Shown here: piece after piece, positions 18,046-28,106 of the stretch
Numbering within the stretch: position 1 is the stretch's first letter
Layout of the letters: every line of letters begins with the position of its first letter
From: Escherichia coli
GTDB lineage: Bacteria > Pseudomonadota > Gammaproteobacteria > Enterobacterales > Enterobacteriaceae
Length of the DNA stretch: 64,000 nucleotides
Strand: one strand, 5' to 3'
Assembly: GCF_003790525.1 (NCBI RefSeq)
Contig: NZ_CP033635.1
The notes under the pieces: generated by a model
Told to the model about the DNA's origin: nothing
Seen by the model: the letters and a program-made list of their open reading frames with translations, nothing else
Databases searched by the model: none
Program-made: the position numbers and the translations under genes

Positions 18046-18284
18046 GCTGTCTGCTCTCCGGTTTTAACGTTGATGGTTGTTACCTGTTCTGCTTCGGCAA
18101 TATCCCGCTCTGTCAGCGTGGCAAAGTTTGCCGCCGTCGTTGTCATGAATGCGCTTATCAGTTCGGGATGTGCTTTCGCGTATCCTTCCCCTGTGTTGCG
18201 GTCGATGATTTTTATCGCCACCCTCAGCCAGTGCTCTGTAAGGTCAATGGCGCGGTGATCTGTCTTTTTGTGGCTTACCTTCAT
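18042..18284 (-). CDS. Hypothetical protein, 80 aa
   Basis: ATGA overlap with the ssb start. No family recognised. Confidence 0.6.
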   Translation of the reverse strand: MKVSHKKTDHRAIDLTEHWLRVAIKIIDRNTGEGYAKAHPELISAFMTTTAANFATLTERDIAEAEQVTTINVKTGEQTA

Positions 18285-18287
18285 GAT

Positions 18288-18656
18288 TTACTCCAGAGTA
18301 CCGCTATTGCTGCTGTCGTTAACCGGATACCAGGCAAATACCATCGATTCACCACAGTGAACAAACTTCTTATCCGGCAGATAAAGGCACTCGCACATTC
18401 CCTCATCAGGACTATGCGGACTCATGCCCAGCTCACTGGTCAGCACGGGTAAGATTTCGCGGCAGGTGTTCCCCGCACCGAAATAATCAACCTCACAAAG
18501 CGCCCATGCAGCAATCGGGCTGTACCATTCCGTGCCGTCGTCGTCTTTGAACTTAGCCCACCAGCCAGGAAGGGCAGTTGATATGCTCAGTGTTTCAATT
18601 TCAGTGTTCATAAATTTACCTTCGGTATTTTGTCCTGCTGTTCGATTTTTATTCAT
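18288..18656 (-). CDS. Hypothetical protein, 122 aa (alternative start at 18611)
   Basis: First gene downstream of the iteron region. No family recognised. Confidence 0.6.
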   Translation of the reverse strand: MNKNRTAGQNTEGKFMNTEIETLSISTALPGWWAKFKDDDGTEWYSPIAAWALCEVDYFGAGNTCREILPVLTSELGMSPHSPDEGMCECLYLPDKKFVHCGESMVFAWYPVNDSSNSGTLE

Positions 18657-18660
18657 TGCT

Positions 18661-18860
18661 CACCATCTCTCACTTTTACTACTCACTTTTTAAAGCGTCT
18701 CGCTTCGTCTCACTTGAGATTTTTGTGTTTTGTATGTGCATGTTTCATAAGTGTTTTTTCACTGCTCACTTTTGAGCATGTATACAGGTGAGAAAGTGAG
18801 TAATTGTGTTAATATTTTGTAAAAACCTCACCATTACTCACTTTTACTACTCACTTTTTA
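18661..18860. repeat. Putative origin of replication: CTCACTT iterons flanking an A/T-rich core
   Basis: CTCACTT at 18669, 18682, 18709, 18765, 18837 and 18850, with an inverted copy at 18794. 32-bp direct repeat at 18661..18692 and 18829..18860. Immediately 3' of the initiator gene. Confidence 0.7.
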
Positions 18861-20264
18861 CAGTGGTCCTACATCATCACCATCAATGTAAATCACGGCG
18901 TCTTTTTCCAGTTTGGCTAACCATCGCCGCATATTTTTCACGTCATACCCAAGCCGTTTCATGTCATCACGTAACAGCGGGATCGTGCACTTGTCGCCGT
19001 TCTGTGTGCGTGAACGGATGCACCCCCATAGCGCGGTATGGTTTTCCGTCTTGTTGCCTGCCTCCTCGATGCGCTCCAGTTCAGCAGGGGCGCGGGGAAC
19101 GTCAATCACCACCATGGACACAATTTCTTCGCCATCTGTATCGGTGAACACCTCCACGCTTTTAAGGTCGTATGCACTCTCTTTTGGCTCCTCTGCGTCC
19201 TTCATCTTCGTACACGCCGCAACCAGTGCTGTAACGTCTGAATTTTCCCTGCTGATTCGGTACTCTGCATCAAGCGCGGCACGGAATGCACTGGAACCAC
19301 GCGCCCCCTTTGTTTCATCCTTGCCGGAATGGTGAACCACCAGCACCGTGGCCCCTGTGGCCTGCTTTATCGCGTCACACCCCTGGATAAATGCGCCCAT
19401 ATCACGGGAATCATTTTCATCATTCCCACCAAAGCAACGGGCCAGCGTGTCGATCACAATCAGCCGCACATTTTCGCCCGTTCTGCTCTTAACAAGTCCG
19501 GCAGTCCTGATAACCTGCTCCACATAGTCAGGCGATGCAGGGAAAACAGGCGCGTTAATGATGCACAAATCTGTAACCACCTTGTCGTGGGTTATCTCCC
19601 ACGCCTTAACGCGGCGTTTTACGCCCATGCTGCCTTCACCAGCGATATAGATAACCGCACCCTTACTTACCCTGCGGCCTCCCCATGCCATACCTGTGGC
19701 AACATGGCACGACCAGGAAATGGCGAGGAACGATTTATAAGAACCGCTGGCCCCGTAGGTGCTGCATAATGACTCAGCCGGAATAAGCCCCTTAATGACG
19801 TAGCTTTGCTGCGCATCGAATCCCTCAGAACCCCATGAGATGGGAAGTGTGATTTTTCGCTTTCCGCCATTCATGACCAGGCTTTCCCCTCTCTCCCATG
19901 TTTCCCGTAGTCGTGGTAGCTGGTCGCTCCAGTCCTCCAGCAGTTCGAAATTTTCAGAAAGTAGCCGCGCCTCCTGGACTCCGGCGATCGCCAGTTTTGT
20001 GGCAATGGTCAGCATCTGCATATCGTCCAGGTTTCCGGCGCGTATGACCTTTACCCTGTATCGTCCTTCATCAACAATCTGTAAGTTGTCCAGTTCGCTT
20101 AACTGATAACGGCCCAGATAAACCGGAGGGATGGGATCGCCTGCTTTTTTGGCCTGTGCAATCATGTAATGTTCTGCAAAGGAGTGAGCATTATCACCCG
20201 CAAAAATAACCGCCTCAGTGTGTTTATCTTTCGGTAACAGTTTTACGTTCGGTGCAAGTTTCAT
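18858..20264 (-). CDS. Replication initiator, RecA/DnaB-like (AAA_25-type) ATPase with a C-terminal wHTH; Pri-Rep analogue
   Basis: 468 aa. Walker A GASGSYKS, Walker B LIVIDTLARCF, VLVVHHSGKDETKGARGSSA. Confidence 0.8.
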   Translation of the reverse strand: MKLAPNVKLLPKDKHTEAVIFAGDNAHSFAEHYMIAQAKKAGDPIPPVYLGRYQLSELDNLQIVDEGRYRVKVIRAGNLDDMQMLTIATKLAIAGVQEARLLSENFELLEDWSDQLPRLRETWERGESLVMNGGKRKITLPISWGSEGFDAQQSYVIKGLIPAESLCSTYGASGSYKSFLAISWSCHVATGMAWGGRRVSKGAVIYIAGEGSMGVKRRVKAWEITHDKVVTDLCIINAPVFPASPDYVEQVIRTAGLVKSRTGENVRLIVIDTLARCFGGNDENDSRDMGAFIQGCDAIKQATGATVLVVHHSGKDETKGARGSSAFRAALDAEYRISRENSDVTALVAACTKMKDAEEPKESAYDLKSVEVFTDTDGEEIVSMVVIDVPRAPAELERIEEAGNKTENHTALWGCIRSRTQNGDKCTIPLLRDDMKRLGYDVKNMRRWLAKLEKDAVIYIDGDDVGPL

Positions 20265-20548
20265 TTCTTACCCCCTGCGACCAGCATTTCACGGATTTTG
20301 CGGATATAACTTGCAGCACGTTTCTGATTAACGGCTTTACGATGGCCCACCAGCGTGAAATCACGCCGGAACTGATAAACAGGCATAACGCAGTCATATT
20401 CGTAGCCTTCACGGCGGTAAGTGATGCGACGTTCCTCCACGCCCTTAATCATTACCGTGCCGCCGTAGTTATCACGGAAAATATCGCCGGGACGGATTTC
20501 AGGACGAGCGGGGCCGCTGGCATTAACGCCAGAATTTTTATTTTTCAT
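20261..20548 (-). CDS. Small conserved phage/satellite protein (DUF4222-like by recollection)
   Basis: 95 aa. ATGA overlap with the initiator start. Confidence 0.6.
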   Translation of the reverse strand: MKNKNSGVNASGPARPEIRPGDIFRDNYGGTVMIKGVEERRITYRREGYEYDCVMPVYQFRRDFTLVGHRKAVNQKRAASYIRKIREMLVAGGKK

Positions 20549-20553
20549 GTTTT

Positions 20554-20781
20554 TTATTCTCCGGTGTGCTGTTCTTTATATCTGTCGTGAATTGCCATCA
20601 CTGTATTTAATTCATTAATAACAGCCGTTAATAGCGTACGCACGGCAGAAAACATCATTGAATCAGATTCATCGCCACTTTCCTGCACATCAATTAAATT
20701 AAGTAGTAATGCGTCCATTTCCTTTGCGCGGATTAATGCCTTTTCACAATGAAAAATAACACCAAAGGGTATTTTATTCAT
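20554..20781 (-). CDS. Hypothetical protein, 75 aa
   Basis: ATG at 20781 overlaps the icd-like stop (ATGAATAA). Track ORF starts 14 codons earlier. Confidence 0.55.
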   Translation of the reverse strand: MNKIPFGVIFHCEKALIRAKEMDALLLNLIDVQESGDESDSMMFSAVRTLLTAVINELNTVMAIHDRYKEQHTGE

Positions 20782-20971
20782 GACTCCCCTCCTGACGGAT
20801 ACGGGCGGCGAATACAGCGACACAACCGGACGGGCAACGGTTACGCGCTTCGCGTTCCGTCCAGGCGGTCACGTGGATAATTTGAGATTCTCCGGCACTC
20901 AGTGCCAGAAAACGCCACACAAAGGCGGTTTGTGTGTGCGCTAGTCGTGGGGTATGCTGTGTTCCAGCCAT
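20774..20971 (-). CDS. Icd-like (P4 host cell-division inhibitor-like) protein, 65 aa
   Basis: MAGTQHTPRLAHTQTAFVWRFLALSAGESQIIHVTAWTEREARNRC..VFAARIRQEG fits the remembered Icd-like pattern. aggag RBS. It forms the C-terminal part of the implausible 308-aa track ORF. Confidence 0.65.
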   Translation of the reverse strand: MAGTQHTPRLAHTQTAFVWRFLALSAGESQIIHVTAWTEREARNRCPSGCVAVFAARIRQEGSHE

Positions 20972-21056
20972 AATCGTTACTCCTGTTAACGGTTTGGTTA
21001 GACGCCCTGCATGTGTTACAGCACTGCGGGGCGTTGTCTTTTTAACGGCTTTCGTG

Positions 21057-21104
21057 ATAGGGTGTACACCTATCAAGCAAAAACATAACGCTATAGGTGT
21101 ACAC
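21057..21104. promoter_or_regulatory. Operator-like sites sharing TAGGTGTACAC in the divergent icd / RHH control region
   Basis: ATAGGGTGTACACCTAT (21057..21073, near-palindrome) and ATAGGTGTACAC (21093..21104, abutting the RHH ATG). The minus-strand TTGACA hexamer overlaps the RHH start. Confidence 0.5.
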
Positions 21105-21299
21105 ATGTCAACAGTTATTAAGCGAGATAAAAAACCAAAGGGAACAGGAAAAGCCCCCCCATTCCATATGCGAATAGCTCCAGAACTGAAAGAGCAGTTT
21201 GATAATGAGGCCAGCAATGATGGGGTAAGCCTAGCCAACTGGCTTAAAGAGTTGGGGCGCGCCGAACTAAAGCGACGCGGCATTGAACCTAAAGGCTGA
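21105..21299 (+). CDS. Ribbon-helix-helix (Arc/CopG/HicB-antitoxin-like) DNA-binding protein, 64 aa
   Basis: FHMRIAPELKEQFDNEASNDGVSLANWLKELGRAELKR is a typical RHH fold signature. Opposite strand to the rest of the island. Confidence 0.7.
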   Translation: MSTVIKRDKKPKGTGKAPPFHMRIAPELKEQFDNEASNDGVSLANWLKELGRAELKRRGIEPKG

Positions 21300-21302
21300 T
21301 GT

Positions 21303-21428
21303 ATGACTGAAAAGCAGACCGATAACAAACTTTCTCTACCAGAGAATAAACCAGCAGGCTTCTTACCAAGAAAAATCCTTGATGAGATCAAACGCCGCCA
21401 GCGCCGCAAGGCCAAAGAGCAGGAATAG
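21303..21428 (+). CDS. 41-aa basic micro-protein, co-oriented with the RHH gene
   Basis: ATG 4 nt after the RHH stop. MTEKQTDNKLSLPENKPAGFLPRKILDEIKRRQRRKAKEQE. Followed by a terminator. Confidence 0.4.
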   Translation: MTEKQTDNKLSLPENKPAGFLPRKILDEIKRRQRRKAKEQE

Positions 21429-21459
21429 CCCACCAGCAAGCCAGCACACTGATCACATT

Positions 21460-21488
21460 GGCCACCGTGACAGGTGGCCTTTTCTTTG
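21460..21488 (+). terminator. Rho-independent terminator of the RHH operon
   Basis: GGCCACC-gtgaca-GGTGGCC followed by TTTTCTTT. Confidence 0.7.
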
Positions 21489-21540
21489 CCCGTTATCCGG
21501 CAATTGTGGCGCTTCGCCACACGGTTGATATAATTCCCCT

Positions 21541-21611
21541 GCTCAGATTCATTTTTTGCGCGGCAGGTAAATTGTTCAGAAAGGCGGCTCCTTATCGGGG
21601 CCGCTTTTTTT
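21541..21611 (+). ncRNA. Candidate ~70-nt small RNA, antisense to the alpA-to-icd leader
   Basis: Extended -10 TGaTATAAT at 21526..21534. Hairpin plus T7 terminator at 21580..21611. No ORF. Confidence 0.3.
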
Positions 21612-21752
21612 ATGTCTGAAAAACCGCGATTTTGTTGTTTTTCAGTTTCACCAGGCCGAACGAAGCCCCGCCCATGTTCGGGCGTATATCCAGTCTTCAT
21701 GGTTAAATCTCTGTATTAGTGGATGGGTGGCGGCTGTGTGCCGCCAGTCTTT

Positions 21753-21941
21753 TTAGTGAACTGCCTCGCAGCTTTCCTTCCATGCCAGAACTTCGGATAA
21801 AGACCAGCCAACGGAACGACCGCCCAGCTTACGCCGTGATGGGAATTGTCCGGCCTTTTCCAGGCGGTAGCGGCATGAGCGGCTAAGGCCTGTTAGCTTT
21901 TCGCATTCTTTTTCACGTATAAAGCGATCAGTGCTTAACAC
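21753..21941 (-). CDS. alpA: AlpA-family (MerR-like HTH) phage regulatory / excision-control protein
   Basis: 62 aa, GTG start. REKECEKLTGLSRSCRYRLEKAGQFPSRRKLGGRSVGWSLSEVLAW is the AlpA signature. Confidence 0.8.
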   Translation of the reverse strand: MLSTDRFIREKECEKLTGLSRSCRYRLEKAGQFPSRRKLGGRSVGWSLSEVLAWKESCEAVH

Positions 21942-22100
21942 TATTGCCCCCTTTCGTTTCTTAAAGAGTTATTTCGTGTTCTATTGCGTTGGGATGTGTC
22001 TGATTGTGTCAGGGTGATTCAGAGTTGGCAAATGTTGGTGGCGGGTATTTTACAGAAACGGGGTGATTTTAATAAAAATCATTTTAATTCAGTATTATGC

Positions 22101-22133
22101 AAAGGCATAAAATCTCGTTTTATGCCTTTTTTC
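22101..22133 (+). terminator. Strong hairpin plus T-run in the int-alpA spacer
   Basis: AAAGGCATAAAA-tctcg-TTTTATGCCTTT followed by TTT. Confidence 0.55.
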
Positions 22134-22233
22134 TCACTATTTAAAGCGTTATTCGCTAATGTATAAAAAACCAGTTGAGCATTAAAAATCAGCAACTTAT
22201 AAATCTGTATACTTTTTGACCTCTTGTTCGTGG

Positions 22234-22267
22234 TTGTTTCACGTTGTTGTGTATTGTTGCACGTTGT
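22234..22267 (-). repeat. Two more ACAACGTGNAACAA motifs (22234..22247 and 22254..22267), 20 bp apart
   Basis: Same 14-mer as in both arm modules (12410 and 23611), here in the opposite orientation just downstream of int. Confidence 0.5.
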
Positions 22268-22315
22268 ATCTGTGCACTTATCCAGTATGCGCATACTGAA
22301 AAAACACGAAAAAAA

Positions 22316-23566
22316 TTATTTTCTTCTGGCTACTGGTAGCGTGGTTACGTTTTCATGTGCTCCCGCCAGTATCTCCAACCGCTCCACCCACATATCCAGC
22401 GCATTGCGTTTCGCATCCAGATAACGGGAATGATTATAAACTCGCTGCATTCCTGGCATCTGGTGGCCTGTAAGCTGCTCCACGACGTGAGGATCCACGC
22501 CTAAATCGTTCAGCATCGTTGTAAAGGTGCGCCGGATGTCATGCAGTGACCATTGAGGGTGTTTTAGCCTCCTGTGCGCTAATCTGCCGTACTGCGATAC
22601 GCTGGCCTCCTGTTTCACTTCCCCCAGTAATAAGCCCGTGTGCCTGTTCTGCTCCACCAGCCGCGTGACGAACGGCAGGATCGCTTCCGGTATGGGCCGG
22701 AATATTGCGACCTTCGTTTTGCTGTGCTCCTTCGGAACGGTCCAGAGCATTTCCGTGAAATCCCACTCCCCGATCTCCGATAACCTCAGTTCTACCGTCC
22801 TGGCTCCGAAGACAATCAGGAGGCGGATTAGTGCGACGTAGTAAGGGGAAAATATTTTTTTGTCCAGTGCCTGCAATAATTCGCCCAGTTCTTTGGTGCT
22901 TAAGACACGTTCGCTTATATCCGGTTTTTTCCCAACGTCCGCCACGTTCAGATCGTCCAGAACGTTGCTGATTGCATAGCGCCGCCTCCGGCAAAACTTA
23001 AGCGCCTGTTTGCACGCCTGTAGCACGAATCCGGCAGTAACAGGCGTTCGCTTTGCCACCCGATCAAAACAGGCCAGCCAGTGCCGTAGCTCGCATTTAT
23101 CCAGCGGCATAGCACCAATGTGCTGTATTACGTGATTATTAAGTCGCCTTTTCAGGGCGATATAATCCACGCGGTTTTCCTTTACGTAAGACTCAAGCCA
23201 GTAGGTGAGCGCATCTCCAACCGTTACAGGCTTTAACGCTTCCTGCATGGTGTAATTCATCTCATGACGTGGATTTTTCCCCTCAGCCAGCCATGCGCGA
23301 CACTGGGCGGCTTTTTCCCTGGCTGATTTCAGGCTCAGATCAGGATAATTTCCCAGCTTAATACGTTCCGGTCGTGTCTCTCTTCCCGTTCCGGCCCTGT
23401 AAGTGAAATACCAGGTTAAAAGGCCGCTGGTTGAATGCCTGACGCTCAGATTTCCACCGTCATTAAGAAAGGCTGTTTTTTGGGCGGGTGTGCCGTTGAT
23501 TTTCCTTAGCTGTGTATCGCTCAGCTTGTTAAGTGCTCTGGTCATAATTTTGAATCCGGTCATCAC
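22316..23566 (-). CDS. int: Tyrosine recombinase, P4-type integrase (N-terminal arm-binding domain plus catalytic domain)
   Basis: 416 aa. LSDTQLRK N-terminus, catalytic HDIRRTF...GHQ..MQRVYNHSRY. Alternative start at 23545. Confidence 0.9.
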   Translation of the reverse strand: MMTGFKIMTRALNKLSDTQLRKINGTPAQKTAFLNDGGNLSVRHSTSGLLTWYFTYRAGTGRETRPERIKLGNYPDLSLKSAREKAAQCRAWLAEGKNPRHEMNYTMQEALKPVTVGDALTYWLESYVKENRVDYIALKRRLNNHVIQHIGAMPLDKCELRHWLACFDRVAKRTPVTAGFVLQACKQALKFCRRRRYAISNVLDDLNVADVGKKPDISERVLSTKELGELLQALDKKIFSPYYVALIRLLIVFGARTVELRLSEIGEWDFTEMLWTVPKEHSKTKVAIFRPIPEAILPFVTRLVEQNRHTGLLLGEVKQEASVSQYGRLAHRRLKHPQWSLHDIRRTFTTMLNDLGVDPHVVEQLTGHQMPGMQRVYNHSRYLDAKRNALDMWVERLEILAGAHENVTTLPVARRK

Positions 23567-23624
23567 AATTAACTACACCATTAACTACACCGATCGTTGC
23601 ACAAAGGGCTACAACGTGAAACAA
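23567..23624 (+). repeat. Arm module, right end (AATTAACTACACCATTAACTACACC, then 19 nt, then ACAACGTGAAACAA)
   Basis: Begins 1 nt upstream of the int start codon. Direct repeat of 12366..12423. Confidence 0.6.
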
Positions 23625-23719
23625 GCTGGAACAAGAAAAATCACAAATTTGTTTATAATCAAAAACATAATGCACAACCTGAAACATTATGAAACGGCAA
23701 AAAACACTAATTGATAAAG

Positions 23720-23728
23720 TGCTGTTAT
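23720..23728 (+). repeat. attR core (TGCTGTTAT)
   Basis: Identical to 12286..12294. tqsA sequence resumes here. Confidence 0.8.
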
Positions 23729-24626
23729 TCTTAACCCGCTGGTGCAACACATGGTCCGCTGGCGAGTGCCGCGTGTACTGGCGGTGTCGATTTTGATGAC
23801 CATCATCGTGATGGCGATGGTGTTGCTGTTAGCTTATCTGGGTTCCGCGCTCAACGAGTTGACGCGGACGTTACCGCAATATCGCAACTCTATTATGACG
23901 CCGCTGCAAGCGATTGAACCGTTGTTGCAACGCGTAGGGATTGATGTCTCAGTTGACCAACTGGCGCATTACATTGATCCGAACGCGGCAATGACGTTGC
24001 TCACCAACTTATTGACGCAGTTATCTAATGCCATGTCATCAATCTTTTTATTGCTGCTGACGGTGCTGTTTATGTTGCTCGAAGTGCCACAATTGCCCGG
24101 AAAATTTCAGCAAATGATGGTGCGTCCGGTTGAAGGGATGGCGGCGATTCAGCGTGCGATTGACAGTGTGTCTCATTATCTGGTGCTGAAAACAGCCATC
24201 AGCATCATCACCGGCCTGGTCGCCTGGGCGATGCTCGCCGCACTCGATGTTCGCTTCGCTTTTGTCTGGGGATTGCTGGCCTTTGCGCTTAATTACATCC
24301 CTAATATTGGTTCAGTTCTCGCGGCAATCCCCCCTATCGCTCAGGTACTGGTGTTTAATGGCTTCTACGAAGCGTTGCTGGTGCTGGCGGGATATCTGCT
24401 AATTAATCTGGTCTTCGGCAATATTCTGGAGCCGCGCATCATGGGACGTGGGCTGGGGCTTTCCACATTGGTGGTATTTTTGTCGTTGATTTTTTGGGGA
24501 TGGTTGTTAGGACCGGTGGGTATGCTGCTTTCCGTGCCGTTAACAATTATTGTCAAAATTGCGCTTGAACAAACAACGGGAGGTCAAAGCATCGCCGTTC
24601 TGTTAAGCGATCTCAACAAAGAGTGA
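23720..24626 (+). pseudogene. tqsA: tqsA 3' fragment (codons ~44 to the end). A 294-aa ORF from GTG 23742 stays open.
   Basis: ..[26 protein letters not shown].. continues the remembered TqsA sequence. In-frame TAA at 23715. Confidence 0.9.
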
Positions 24627-24644
24627 CGGCCTCCGCAGAGGCCG
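24627..24644. terminator. Hairpin between convergent tqsA and pntB
   Basis: CGGCCTC-cgca-GAGGCCG. No T-tract. Confidence 0.45.
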
Positions 24645-24650
24645 TCAGGG

Positions 24651-26042
<1,392 letters not shown>

Positions 26043-26049
26043 TTACCCC

Positions 26050-27645
<1,596 letters not shown>

Positions 27646-28106
27646 TCATGTACGAGCTAAATGTTACTCCGTTAAAATAAATTAGTAACAAACGCCCTAT
27701 AACGTACTGAAAATTATGCCTGTGATCTAGCGCCAAAAATCAGTATTTCGGCGTGAACTCGCAAAATATTAACGATTCAGCCGTGATAGTGGGATAAACA
27801 CCTTAGAACGCTGGATAAAGACTGATAATTGTCTTCGACGGTCGGGTAAAACGAGACATCGCCCCGGTACGAATCACTACTTAACATTAAATTAACTTAT
27901 ACAATTCAGTTGATTCAGTAGTATTGATGCTGATACGGCTGTTTTTTTAAGCATAGACGGTCATTTGAGCAGGATTAAAATTGGCTTAAGGAATGTGATA
28001 TGAAAAATGACGCAGACAGTTACACCGTTTAAATGCAATAATCAGCCACGTTTCTCGTTAATAACAATACCAGTACTTGGTTTGCGCAAGGCGAAGGATT
28101 ATTTTT

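Larger units (their letters stand above)
12286..23728 (-). mobile_element. Integrative phage satellite (PICI-like island), 11,434 bp repeat-to-repeat, inserted in tqsA
   Basis: Interrupts a conserved gene. 9-bp direct repeat at both junctions. Integrase at one end. Satellite-type gene set with cos, but no portal/TerL/tail/lysis genes. Confidence 0.9.

Noticed and set aside
20774-21700. 308-aa minus-strand ORF spanning the alpA-icd interval
   Set aside because: Ser/Arg/Cys/Leu-rich, low-complexity translation with no motifs. It runs antisense through a well-formed RHH gene, its micro-ORF and two plus-strand terminators. Only its last 65 codons (the Icd-like protein, with its own RBS) look real.
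22283-22298. Palindrome CAGTATGCGCATACTG as a LexA box
   Set aside because: The half-sites are in the reverse order (CAG...CTG rather than CTG-N10-CAG) and the spacing is wrong, so I kept it only as an unassigned protein-binding palindrome.
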